Shown: positions 1 through 8,714 of the stretch, in pieces
How the letters are laid out: every line of letters starts with the position of its first letter
Numbering within the stretch: the first letter of the stretch is position 1
Made by a program: the position numbers and the translations under genes
The notes under the pieces: model-generated
The model's input: the letters and a program-made list of their open reading frames with translations, nothing else
Databases searched by the model: none
What the model was told of the DNA's origin: nothing
Source: a bacterium
GTDB taxonomy: Bacteria; Myxococcota_A; UBA9160; UBA4427
Length of the DNA: 64,000 bases
Assembly (NCBI GenBank): GCA_024742285.1
Contig: JANSYR010000009.1
Location: 193,443 to 257,442 of the forward strand
Direction: 5' to 3'

Positions 1-355
1 TGACGGCCGCGAAGTCGAGGGGGCGGGCGAGACGGCCGCTTCGCTCCCCGCGGCCGTCCTCGTCGAAGGGGCCGAAGCCGATCGCTTCGCCCCGCGCGAA
101 GCGGTACGCGTCGTCGGGGGACGCGAGCATCCCGCGCGAGCGCGCGTCCATCGAGAACTTCGTATGGACGTGGAGGTCGCCGAAGAAGGCCTGACGGAGG
201 GGATCCCGATGGGCGCAGGCGGCGCGCGGCGCGGTGTCCCCGTCGGCGGGGCCGACGGGAGGCGACCAATCGTCGGCGGTGGGCCGCATCATCATCAGGC
301 TGGCGCACGAGATCGTGAGGGCGATGAGAAAGAGCAGGGCGAGTCGCGCGCGCAT
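1..355 (-). CDS. DUF3604-family protein, N-terminal fragment (gene continues past the left edge)
   Basis: Minus-strand ATG at 353-355 preceded by GGAGGTG. Translation MRARLALLFLIALTISCASL (signal/lipoprotein-like) followed by FFGDLHVHTKFSMDA, the conserved metal-site start I associate with DUF3604. Absent from the ORF track because it is open at the window edge. Confidence 0.55.
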   Translation of the reverse strand, partial: MRARLALLFLIALTISCASLMMMRPTADDWSPPVGPADGDTAPRAACAHRDPLRQAFFGDLHVHTKFSMDARSRGMLASPDDAYRFARGEAIGFGPFDEDGRGERSGRLARPLDFAAV

Positions 356-396
356 GATCACCTCCGTCCGATCAAGGGAGCATGGCGCGGGTCCCG

Positions 397-434
397 AACG
401 AAAACGAGGGCCCATTCCTGCGGAATGGACCCTC
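397..434 (-). terminator. Intrinsic terminator downstream of rpmE2
   Basis: On the minus-strand RNA: GAGGGUCCAUUCC-GCA-GGAAUGGGCCCUC (13-bp stem with one G-U pair) followed by GUUUUCGUU. Starts about 47 nt after the L31 stop codon. Confidence 0.6.
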
Positions 435-480
435 GATTCGAATCGGTTCGTCGGCGTCGGCGACGATCTGAGCGAGCCGA

Positions 481-729
481 CTACTTCTTGCCGCCGCCGT
501 AGCGCTTGCGGAAGCGGTCGATCTTTCCGTCGGAGTCGAGCTCGCGCATCTTGCCCGTCCAGAACGGGTGGGACACGGACGAGATCTCGAGGCGCACCAC
601 CGGCACCTCTTCACCGTCGACCTCGCGGGTCTCCTTCGACGTGACGGTCGAGCGACTGGTCCACTCGTTCCCCGTGGCGGAGTCGACGAAGATCACCTTG
701 TGATAGTCGGGATGGATTTCGGGCTTCAT
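481..729 (-). CDS. rpmE2: 50S ribosomal protein L31, type B (no CxxC zinc motif)
   Basis: 82 aa, MKPEIHPDYHKVIFVD...SSVSHPFWTGK...DRFRKRYG. Aligns by eye with E. coli YkgM-type L31 and lacks the Cys pairs of type A. Confidence 0.9.
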   Translation of the reverse strand: MKPEIHPDYHKVIFVDSATGNEWTSRSTVTSKETREVDGEEVPVVRLEISSVSHPFWTGKMRELDSDGKIDRFRKRYGGGKK

Positions 730-742
730 CGTTCGCTCGCTT

Positions 743-1048
743 CTACCAGCTGCTCTTGCGCACGCCGGGGAGCTGGCCGCGGAGGGCGAGCTCGCGAAGG
801 GCGATGCGGGAGATGCCGAACTTGTTGTAGTAGGCCTTCGAGCGGCCGGACACGGCGCAGCGGTTGTTCTTGCGGGTCGGGCAGGAGTTGCGCGGCAGCT
901 TCGCGAAGCCCGCCTGGGCCTCGAGCTTGTCGTCGATGGACGCGTTGGGGTCCTTCAAGATCTTGCGCAGCTCGGCGCGCTTCGCGGCATGCTTCGCGAT
1001 CAGCGCGTGACGCTTGTTGTCTCGGTTGACCTGGGACTTCTTGGCCAT
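743..1048 (-). CDS. rpsN: 30S ribosomal protein S14, long (101 aa) zinc-independent form
   Basis: [31 protein letters not shown]...[49 protein letters not shown]. Start trimmed to the ATG at 1046-1048. Lies 13 nt upstream of rpmE2 on the same strand. Confidence 0.9.
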   Translation of the reverse strand: MAKKSQVNRDNKRHALIAKHAAKRAELRKILKDPNASIDDKLEAQAGFAKLPRNSCPTRKNNRCAVSGRSKAYYNKFGISRIALRELALRGQLPGVRKSSW

Positions 1049-1141
1049 GTGGTGGTCTTGGCTCCTGGGAGGGATCTTTGGAGCGCGGGAGAGTACGGGG
1101 GTGCGCCCCCCGTGGCAAGGTTCGGGAGCCCGATCCTCGTG

Positions 1142-1157
1142 GATTCGCAAGCGAATC
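1142..1157. promoter_or_regulatory. Perfect 7-2-7 palindrome GATTCGC-AA-GCGAATC in the rpsN-rpmE2 leader (candidate operator)
   Basis: Read directly from the sequence, about 95 nt upstream of the S14 start. A second GC hairpin ACGGGGG-TGCGC-CCCCCGT lies at 1095-1113. Confidence 0.35.
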
Positions 1158-1224
1158 GTGACGGAGCCCCGAGGGGATCAACGAAGACCCACCCCGAAGA
1201 GAGGGGGAATGGCACCGTGCGGAG

Positions 1225-2439
1225 TCAGGCCTCGTCGAGATCGATCGGATCGACCTCGATCCGGTCCCGCCCACCGTCCTTCGCCTGGTAGAGGGCGCGA
1301 TCCGCGCGCTCGACCCAGGAGGACGAGGTCTCGCCCTGCCGAAGCCGCGCGATGCCCATCGAGGCGGTGACCCGGATCGGCTCCTCGATCTCGCCGTGGA
1401 AGATCTCGAGATTCCGGACCGTCGTCATGCCGCGTTCGGCGACGTCGCGGGCGGTGGGCAGGTCGATGTCCCGGAGCACGATGGCGAACTCCTCACCGCC
1501 GTAGCGTGCGACGAAGTCGTCCTTGCGCATGAAGCAGCGCGTGAGCGCGTCGGCGACCTCTCGCAGTACGGCATCGCCGCAGGGATGGCCGTGGGTGTCG
1601 TTGACCCACTTGAAGTGGTCGAGGTCGACCATGATCAGGCAGCCACGGGTTCCGAAGAGCGTCGCGAGGTCGATCTCGCGCTCGATCTGCTCGTCGAAGG
1701 CCGAACGGTTGTAGATCTTGGTGACCGGATCGATCGCCGCCCGTTTACGGACGTTGTCGAGCTCATCGCGCAGCGTGTCGAGCCGCGCGGCCATCTGCTG
1801 GATCTGCTCCTGGTGGCGACGACCGCGCTCGGACAGGAATTCCGTGAGGAGCGAGACGGTCTCCTGGGCCTCGTTCTTGATCTTGTCGGGCTCTCCGGAG
1901 CGCACGGCGCCCTCGAGCCGGCGCATGCGGTGTCCGATGCGCCGGTCGGCGCTCTGCTCGACGGTGAGCGAGCGGCGCAGGCCCGAGATGAAGGACCAGG
2001 CCGCGTCCCGGAAGTCGCCGAGGGAGCGGGTCACGTACTCTTCCTCGGAGAGGCGGTGCTCCTTGACCGCGCGGCGCAGACCCGGGAGGTCGCGCTTTCC
2101 CTCACCGACCTCGCGGGACTCGCCGTCGCCGCGGTCCCGGACCGGCGGAGGGACGCCGATCAGGAGGTGGCGCGCCCAGGTCTCGAAGGTCTCCTCGATC
2201 TCTTCCGCCGAGCGCGGTCCGACGTCGAACGCGTGCTCGCCGAGGATCCGGAGCAGGTCCGCCATCATGTCGAGGGCCCGATCGGCGGGGATCGCCGCGA
2301 CCGCGTCGGCGGCTGCAGACTCGGCGACGGGCTGCTCGCCCTTCGCCTCGGCGTCCTTGCCTGCGTTCTTCTTGCGCTTTCCGAAGACCATGGCGGGTAT
2401 GTCGGCCGAACACGGCGTTGGCCCGAGTGCGCGCGTCAC
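1225..2439 (-). CDS. Diguanylate cyclase (GGDEF domain) with a coiled-coil N-terminal region
   Basis: C-terminal DPVTKIYNRSAFDE...MVDLDHFKWVNDTHGHPCGDAVL...RYGGEEFAIVL...RADRALYQAKDGGRDR. The start could instead be the ATG at 2391 (MVFGKRKK). Confidence 0.85.
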   Translation of the reverse strand: MTRALGPTPCSADIPAMVFGKRKKNAGKDAEAKGEQPVAESAAADAVAAIPADRALDMMADLLRILGEHAFDVGPRSAEEIEETFETWARHLLIGVPPPVRDRGDGESREVGEGKRDLPGLRRAVKEHRLSEEEYVTRSLGDFRDAAWSFISGLRRSLTVEQSADRRIGHRMRRLEGAVRSGEPDKIKNEAQETVSLLTEFLSERGRRHQEQIQQMAARLDTLRDELDNVRKRAAIDPVTKIYNRSAFDEQIEREIDLATLFGTRGCLIMVDLDHFKWVNDTHGHPCGDAVLREVADALTRCFMRKDDFVARYGGEEFAIVLRDIDLPTARDVAERGMTTVRNLEIFHGEIEEPIRVTASMGIARLRQGETSSSWVERADRALYQAKDGGRDRIEVDPIDLDEA

Positions 2440-2630
2440 CCGACGCGCGAATCCGGGCGCTTCCCCGAGGTCCTTCTCGGGCGTTGACCCGATCCGTAGG
2501 TCCGGCCCGAAACCGGTCCGCGACGAGCGATTCGGGGGGGCTCTGCACTATCCTCGCGCGCTTCGATCCGGCCCGTGGCCGGGGAACCCGGCCGTACGAG
2601 CGGCCCGCCCGAGAGAGATGAGAGAGTCCC

Positions 2631-5354
2631 ATGAGTGAGTCCACGTCGCCGGGTCCGCGCCCGGTGCGATCGATCGACCCGAAGCGCCTGCCCAAGCACT
2701 TCGAGGCGGAGGTCGTCGAGGACAAGTGGGACGCCGCCTGGCAGGAGAGCGGGGTCTACCACTACGACCCCGAGCGTCCCCGCGAAGAGACCTTCGTGGT
2801 CGACACGCCCCCGCCGACCGCTTCGGGCTCGCTCCACATCGGCCACGTGTTCTCGTACAGCCAGACCGACGTCGTCGTTCGCTACAAGCGCATGGCGGGG
2901 ATGAACATCTTCTATCCCATGGGCTGGGACGACAACGGTCTGCCGACCGAGCGACGCGTCCAGAACTACTTCCACATCCGCTGCGACCCGAACACGCCCT
3001 ACGAAGAAGGGATGACCTTCGAGCAGGCGTCGGCGAAGACGCGCAAGAAGCCGGCCCGGCTCGTGTCGCGTCCGAACTTCATCGAGGCCTGCTACGACCT
3101 GATCCGCGAGGACGAGCGCGCCTTCAGCGAGACGTGGCACCGCCTGGGTCTGTCCGTCGACTGGCGCCAGGAATACCAGACGATCGACGAGCACTGTCGC
3201 CGCACGGCCCAGCGTTCGTTCCGCGATCTCTGGGACAAGGGCGAGGTCTACACCTCCGACGCGCCCACGATGTGGGACGTCGACTTCCAGTGCGCCGTGG
3301 CTCAGGCGGAGGTCGAGGACAAGGACGTCCCCGGCGCGTTCCACAAGATCGAGTTCGGGATCGAGGGTGTCGGCGAGGGGGAAGACGCGAGCTTCGTGAT
3401 CGCGACCACGCGACCGGAGCTGCTCGCGGCGTGCGTGGCCGTGACGGCGCATCCCGATGACGAACGCTTCAAGCCCTATTTCGGCAAGCGCGCGATCACG
3501 CCGATCTTCCGTGCGCCGGTCCCGATCTTCCCGAGCGACAAGGCGGACCCCGAGAAGGGGACCGGCATCCTGATGATCTGCACGTTCGGCGACCAGACCG
3601 ACGTCGAGTGGTGGCGCGAAGAGGGGTTGCCGCTCCGGCAGATCGTGGGACTCCAGGGCCGCCTTCGGAAGGTCGACTTCGGCGAGGCGCCCTTCGAGAG
3701 CCTCGACGTGGCGACCGCGAATGCGAACTACGCCGAGCTCGAAGGGAAGAACATCAAGCAGGCCCAGGCCGCGATCGTCGAGATGCTGCGTGATCCGGCG
3801 CATTCGGCCACGGGCAATGGGGCCCCGCTCCAGGAAGAGCCCGAGCAGATCTCGCACGCGGTGAAGTTCTTCGAGAAGGGCGATCGGCCCCTCGAGCTGC
3901 TTCCGACGCGCCAGTGGTTCTGTCGGTTGATGGACAAGAAGGACGCGCTCATCGCGAAGGGTGACGAGGTCCAGTGGCATCCGCCGCACATGTTCGCCCG
4001 CTACAAGGACTGGACCGAGAACCTTTCGCTCGACTGGTGCCTCTCGCGTCAGCGCTATTTCGGCGTGCCGATCCCGGTCTGGTATCCGCTCGACGCCGAC
4101 GGCGAGCCCGACTACGACCACCCGATCGTCGCCGACTCCGACGTCATGCCGGTCGATCCGACGACCGACGTGCCGCCGGGCTTCGACGCGGGGCAGCGGG
4201 GCGAGCCGAACGGATTCGTCGGCGACCCGGACATCTTCGATACGTGGTTCACCAGTTCGATGACGCCGCAGATCAGCAGTCATTGGGGCGAGGACGACGA
4301 GCGCCACGCGAAGCTCTTCCCCGCGGACATGCGCCCGCAGGCCCACGACATCATTCGAACGTGGGCGTTCTACACGATCGCGAAGGCGATGCTCCACGAA
4401 GACGACGTGCCCTGGCATCACGCGCTCATCTCCGGCTGGATCCTCGATCCCGACCGCAAGAAGATGTCGAAGAGCAAGGGCAACGTGACGACGCCGCTTC
4501 CGTTGGTCGAGAAGTACGGCGCGGACGCCGCGCGCTACTGGGCGGCGTCGGCTCGGCTCGGGGCGGATACGGCCTTCGACGAGAGTCAGTTCAACGTCGG
4601 GAAGAAGCTCTACACGAAGATCTTCAACGTGGCGAAGCTCGTGCTCGCCTACGAGGGCGAGGTTCGTCCGATCACGTCGGAGCTCGATCGCGCGTTCGTG
4701 GGCAAGCTGAAGGCGCTGGTCGAATCCGCGACGGCGAACTTCGAGGCCTACCAGTACGCCCACGCGCTCCAGGAGATCGAGAGCTTCTTCTGGACGCACT
4801 TCACCGACACCTACGCCGAGCTCACCAAGGTGCGCGCGCGGGGCTTCGCGAACGGGGCGACAGGGGACGAGGCGGAGGCGAGCGGATCCGCCATCGCCTC
4901 GCTCAGGCTCGGCCTTTCGACGCTCCTGCGCCTCTTCGCGCCGACGCTTCCCTACATCACGGAAGAGGTCTGGAGCTGGTCCTTCGCCGACGACTTCGCA
5001 GAGGAAGGCGATTCGATCGCGCGCAGCATCCACGGCACGTCGTGGCCGGGCGCGGCGGACTTCGCCGGGATCGAAGCGCCCGCCGACGAGAAGAGCTTCG
5101 ATACGGCGGTCGCGGCAATGGCGGCGATCAACAAGGCGAAGGCGGACGCCGAGGTGTCCATGGGCCGCGAGGTCGAGTCGATGACCCTCGCGGCGGCGCC
5201 GGCGACGCTCTCGACCCTGGAGGGGGTCGCGAGCGACGTGCTCGATGCCGCGCGGGTGGCCGAACACCGCTTCGTCGCCGACGAGTCGCTCGAGGCCGGA
5301 ACCTTCGCCGTCGAGGCGATCACCTTCGCGCCGAAACCCGAAAAGAAGAAGTAG
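2631..5354 (+). CDS. valS: Valine--tRNA ligase
   Basis: 907 aa. HIGH motif (GSLHIGHVFS), KMSKS motif (KKMSKSKGN), and PPPTASGSLHIGH...YPMGWDDNGLPTERRVQ as in actinobacterial/archaeal-type ValRS. Confidence 0.9.
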   Translation: MSESTSPGPRPVRSIDPKRLPKHFEAEVVEDKWDAAWQESGVYHYDPERPREETFVVDTPPPTASGSLHIGHVFSYSQTDVVVRYKRMAGMNIFYPMGWDDNGLPTERRVQNYFHIRCDPNTPYEEGMTFEQASAKTRKKPARLVSRPNFIEACYDLIREDERAFSETWHRLGLSVDWRQEYQTIDEHCRRTAQRSFRDLWDKGEVYTSDAPTMWDVDFQCAVAQAEVEDKDVPGAFHKIEFGIEGVGEGEDASFVIATTRPELLAACVAVTAHPDDERFKPYFGKRAITPIFRAPVPIFPSDKADPEKGTGILMICTFGDQTDVEWWREEGLPLRQIVGLQGRLRKVDFGEAPFESLDVATANANYAELEGKNIKQAQAAIVEMLRDPAHSATGNGAPLQEEPEQISHAVKFFEKGDRPLELLPTRQWFCRLMDKKDALIAKGDEVQWHPPHMFARYKDWTENLSLDWCLSRQRYFGVPIPVWYPLDADGEPDYDHPIVADSDVMPVDPTTDVPPGFDAGQRGEPNGFVGDPDIFDTWFTSSMTPQISSHWGEDDERHAKLFPADMRPQAHDIIRTWAFYTIAKAMLHEDDVPWHHALISGWILDPDRKKMSKSKGNVTTPLPLVEKYGADAARYWAASARLGADTAFDESQFNVGKKLYTKIFNVAKLVLAYEGEVRPITSELDRAFVGKLKALVESATANFEAYQYAHALQEIESFFWTHFTDTYAELTKVRARGFANGATGDEAEASGSAIASLRLGLSTLLRLFAPTLPYITEEVWSWSFADDFAEEGDSIARSIHGTSWPGAADFAGIEAPADEKSFDTAVAAMAAINKAKADAEVSMGREVESMTLAAAPATLSTLEGVASDVLDAARVAEHRFVADESLEAGTFAVEAITFAPKPEKKK

Positions 5355-5356
5355 GC

Positions 5357-5376
5357 GTCGCGCGCGTCCGCGCGAC
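5357..5376. terminator. GC hairpin between convergent valS and tesB (possible bidirectional terminator)
   Basis: GTCGCGCG-CGTC-CGCGCGAC, an 8-bp stem directly after the valS stop. No strong U-tract. Confidence 0.35.
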
Positions 5377-5387
5377 AGAGGAAGCCT

Positions 5388-6257
5388 CTATTTCTTCCGC
5401 CGCTCGCGGACGAGGGCTTCCTGAGCGATCGACGCTACCTGGACGCCAGCGGTGTCGTACATGCCGCCGAAGATGAGCGCGCGGGCCGCCTCGGCGATCG
5501 GGGACACCGACGAGAACGTGATCCAGTCGTTCCAGCGGAACGGATGGTGGAGCCAGACCGCGTGGTCGAGGCTCGCGCCGATGTGGGTCTTCATGGGGAT
5601 GCCCCCGGCGCCCTTCATGGCCGTGCCCATGAGCGTCCGGTCCGTCGCGTAGATGAGGATCGCCGTGTGGAGATCCGGGTCGTCCGGGATCACGCCACGC
5701 GGTCGCATCCAGACCGCCCGAACCGGATCCCGCGGCTTCGGCTCCAGGAATTCGTTCGCATCGAGGACCCGGACCTCGATCGGGTTGTCGTAGCTCTTCG
5801 GCGGGGGCAGGCCGAGCGCTTTGTTGCGGACGTCGGTCCACTCGGCCAGGCCGTCGGGCCCGTCGATCTCGGGCGCCGGCCGCTGGTAGCGCATGCCGTC
5901 CTCGGGCCGCGCGAAGCTCGCCGACATGTTGAAGATCGCTTCGCCGTTCTGGTGGGCGACGACCCGACGGGTCGTGAACGTCCTGCCGTCGCGGATCCGG
6001 TCGACCACGAAGCGGATGGGACGCTCATAGCTGCCGGGACGCAGGAAATAGGCGTGGATCGAGTGGAGGAGACTGCCCCCGGCCTGCGAGCCGCGATCTT
6101 GCTCCCCGAGCGTCGCGATCGCCGCCATGACCGACTGCGCCGCGACCAGCCCGCCGAAGAGCCGCCCCTGTCCCTGGCCGGGATCGCCGAGGAAGAGGTC
6201 GCGATCGAGGGGATCGAGCTTCAATCGCTCGCACAGGTCATCGATCGGTGTGGGCAT
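5388..6257 (-). CDS. tesB: Acyl-CoA thioesterase II
   Basis: LFGGLVAAQSVMAA, HSIHAYFLRPG, RIRDGRTFTTRRVVAHQNGEAIFNMSASF (double hot-dog TesB pattern). Start trimmed to the ATG at 6255-6257 (MPTPIDDL). Confidence 0.8.
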   Translation of the reverse strand: MPTPIDDLCERLKLDPLDRDLFLGDPGQGQGRLFGGLVAAQSVMAAIATLGEQDRGSQAGGSLLHSIHAYFLRPGSYERPIRFVVDRIRDGRTFTTRRVVAHQNGEAIFNMSASFARPEDGMRYQRPAPEIDGPDGLAEWTDVRNKALGLPPPKSYDNPIEVRVLDANEFLEPKPRDPVRAVWMRPRGVIPDDPDLHTAILIYATDRTLMGTAMKGAGGIPMKTHIGASLDHAVWLHHPFRWNDWITFSSVSPIAEAARALIFGGMYDTAGVQVASIAQEALVRERRKK

Positions 6258-6434
6258 GACTCTCCTCGCCCATCCCGCAGCCTCGTGAGCGGGCACGGGA
6301 GGAACGGGTACGCGCGGCGCGCACCCTAGCAGACCTCGCCCTCGCCCGAGGTGGGTCGCCATTATCAGAGAAAGTCTGATTCATTCCGTCTGCGGTTAGT
6401 GGAGTTTTATTGAAATTGGAGTAAATTGATTTAT

Positions 6435-7115
6435 ATGCCTGGTCCCGTCGAGATCACCGATCCGATCCCCGGTTCGCCCCGCTCCACCAAGCGTGAACGC
6501 ACCCGCGCGAAGCTCCTTGCGAACGCGGTCGCATTGTTCCGCGCCAAGGGCGTCCGCGAGACGAAGCTCGCCGAGATCGCGCAGGCGAGCGAGGTTGCGC
6601 CCGCAACCCTCTTCAACCACTTCCCGAGCCGGGCCGATCTCGCGGCGGCATGGCTGCGCGGGGAGATCGAGGCGGAGGCGACGGGCGCAGCGTCCGCGGT
6701 ACGGGAGGGCGAGCGCGGACTTCGGGCGAGCGTGCGGAGCCTTTGTCGGAACCTCGCCAGGCAGAGCTCGGACGCGCCGGGCATTCGCTGGTCCGCCTGG
6801 CAGGAAGCGCCGCGCCTTCGCCCCGCCCCCGTGGCCCCCTTGCGCGATGCCTTCGCCCTCGAGCAGCAACGCGAACACGTTCGCGCAGATCAGACGCCCG
6901 AGGCGCTCGCCGAGCTCCTCGCGGATGCGATCGAAGGCGGCCTCGTCGAAGGGCTTCAAGCAGCGATCGAGACCGACGAGTCCGATCCGCGGGCCCGCGC
7001 GCGGCTGATTTCGGCGCCGCTCCAGGCGCGCGTCGACCTGGTCCTCGACGGGGCTCGGAAGCGGAACGAGCGAGTGCGACCCGGGGCGCTCGCCGCGAGT
7101 CGTGCCGGGGGCTGA
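6435..7115 (+). CDS. TetR/AcrR family transcriptional regulator
   Basis: N-terminal HTH RERTRAKLLANAVALFRAKGVRETKLAEIAQASEVAPATLFNHFPSRADL. Divergent from tesB across an AT-rich 177-nt spacer. Confidence 0.85.
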   Translation: MPGPVEITDPIPGSPRSTKRERTRAKLLANAVALFRAKGVRETKLAEIAQASEVAPATLFNHFPSRADLAAAWLRGEIEAEATGAASAVREGERGLRASVRSLCRNLARQSSDAPGIRWSAWQEAPRLRPAPVAPLRDAFALEQQREHVRADQTPEALAELLADAIEGGLVEGLQAAIETDESDPRARARLISAPLQARVDLVLDGARKRNERVRPGALAASRAGG

Positions 7116-7139
7116 GGCGCCGCCCGGCGCCGGATCGTG

Positions 7140-7637
7140 TCAGCGGCCCGCGTCGGTGTAGGTAAAGGTCTCGGCCGCGATCACTTCACCGTCGTCCAGG
7201 ACGATCTCGACGGTCCAGTCCCCGAGCCAGTCCTCGAGCAGATCCTTGCTCGACCACACGCGCCAGCGCGGGCCGCGGACCTCGAAGGCGACCTCCGCGC
7301 GGACGACGTCGCCGTGGAGCCAGCGATGGGTCACGGTCCGACCGTCCAGCTGCCGAAGGTCCGAGAAGAAGATGATCGTCCGTACGTCGTTCTCCACGAA
7401 GGAGACCTGATCGACCGGCTCGCGGTTCTCGACCGCCGTCGTGAACTGGCCGAGCGCGCTCGGGACGGAGGGCTCCACGATCACGTCGACGTCCTCTGCG
7501 ACGGGGATCTCCTCCTGGGGGAGGGCGGCGGCGGGGGCGAGCATCGTCGCGAGCGACAGACAGATCACGAATGCAACTCGCCTCTGCGCCGCGTACTCGT
7601 TTTCTTTCGGTCCCACCGCGATCTCCCTTACCGCCAT
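7140..7637 (-). CDS. Secreted or membrane-anchored protein with a DUF2914-like C-terminal domain (family call tentative)
   Basis: 165 aa after trimming the 320-aa track ORF to the ATG at 7635-7637. Hydrophobic VAFVICLSLATMLAPAAA, then HRWLHGD...RGPRWRVWSSK...GDWTVEIVLDDGEVI. Confidence 0.55.
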   Translation of the reverse strand: MAVREIAVGPKENEYAAQRRVAFVICLSLATMLAPAAALPQEEIPVAEDVDVIVEPSVPSALGQFTTAVENREPVDQVSFVENDVRTIIFFSDLRQLDGRTVTHRWLHGDVVRAEVAFEVRGPRWRVWSSKDLLEDWLGDWTVEIVLDDGEVIAAETFTYTDAGR

Positions 7638-7708
7638 TCGCGCGCCGTCGTCGCGCCTTGAAACCCAGCCCCAAGGTAGCGGGTTCGGGCGGCTGCTAGC
7701 GTGGCGCG

Positions 7709-8293
7709 ATGGAGCTGATTCTGGTTCGCCACGCGGAGCCGGCGATACCCGAGGTGGGCGAGGTCGGACCCGGGGATCCGCCGCTCGGCGAGCGTGGCCG
7801 GAATCAGGCCGCGCAGGTCGCGGAGTGGCTCGCGCGCGACGCCCTCGATCGGATCGTCTCGAGTCCGGCTCGGCGCGCTCGGGAGACCGCGGAGGCGACC
7901 GCCACGCGGCTCGGGCTCGAGGTCGTGATCGACGATCGGCTGCGTGATGCCGAGCCCGCCGGCGAGGCGTACGTCCCGATCGAGGTCGCGCGCGAGCGCG
8001 ATCCCGGGTCGTATCGCGCGCGGATGGACGCGTACCGGGATGCGTCGCGTCTCGGTTCGATTGCCGGACGCGTGAACGCCTCTCTCGACGAGTGGGCCGC
8101 ACGGCACCGCGGTGGACGCGTCGCGGTCTTCTGTCACGGTTCGGTCGTCAACGCGTTCGCCGTTCGCGTGCTCGGGCTCGGCGATTCCGGGTTCCTGGCG
8201 CCGGCCTTCGCGAGTGGCCATCGCTTCCTGGTCGCGTCGTCGGGTGTGCGCAGCGTGAAGAGCCTCAACGAAACCGCGTACTTGATGATGTGA
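7709..8293 (+). CDS. Histidine phosphatase family protein (phosphoglycerate mutase-like)
   Basis: MELILVRHAEP (RHG-type motif), SSPARRARETAE, VAVFCHGSVV. Confidence 0.8.
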   Translation: MELILVRHAEPAIPEVGEVGPGDPPLGERGRNQAAQVAEWLARDALDRIVSSPARRARETAEATATRLGLEVVIDDRLRDAEPAGEAYVPIEVARERDPGSYRARMDAYRDASRLGSIAGRVNASLDEWAARHRGGRVAVFCHGSVVNAFAVRVLGLGDSGFLAPAFASGHRFLVASSGVRSVKSLNETAYLMM

Positions 8294-8714
8294 GCGGCGA
8301 ATCCCGCGCGAATCCGTCCGGCGTCGCCGACGCGCGCGCCGGCAAAAAAACGGCAACGGACGCGCATTTCCCCGACACCTTTGGGGTACCGCCGTGTTAG
8401 AAGGAAGCTCACGTTGATCGCGATCTGCGCTCCCGACTGACCCGCTACTGAAGACGTGGCGCCGAAGTTGATCTAGCACGAGCTGGCCCGAGCGGACCTG
8501 GGAAGGGGTCGAGAGCAGACAGATCGTGCGCGCTCCCCCTCCGACCGAGACGGATTCGGAGGGGTGAGCGCGCCTCGGCGACCGCGTGCTCTTCGGGAGA
8601 GGCACGCCGTGTGACTTGCATCACCGGTCACCTCGCGATTCTCGCCGATGGAGTCCTCTGCCCCGGTGCGTCGCGCGAACGCCTCGCGTGAAGCGGCCGT
8701 GGCGAGGACCGTTC

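Noticed and set aside
2436-5267. 943-aa ORF antisense to valS
   Set aside because: It is entirely antisense to a gene with unambiguous ValRS motifs. The translation is Arg/Gly/Pro/Val-rich low-complexity sequence typical of shadow ORFs in high-GC DNA.
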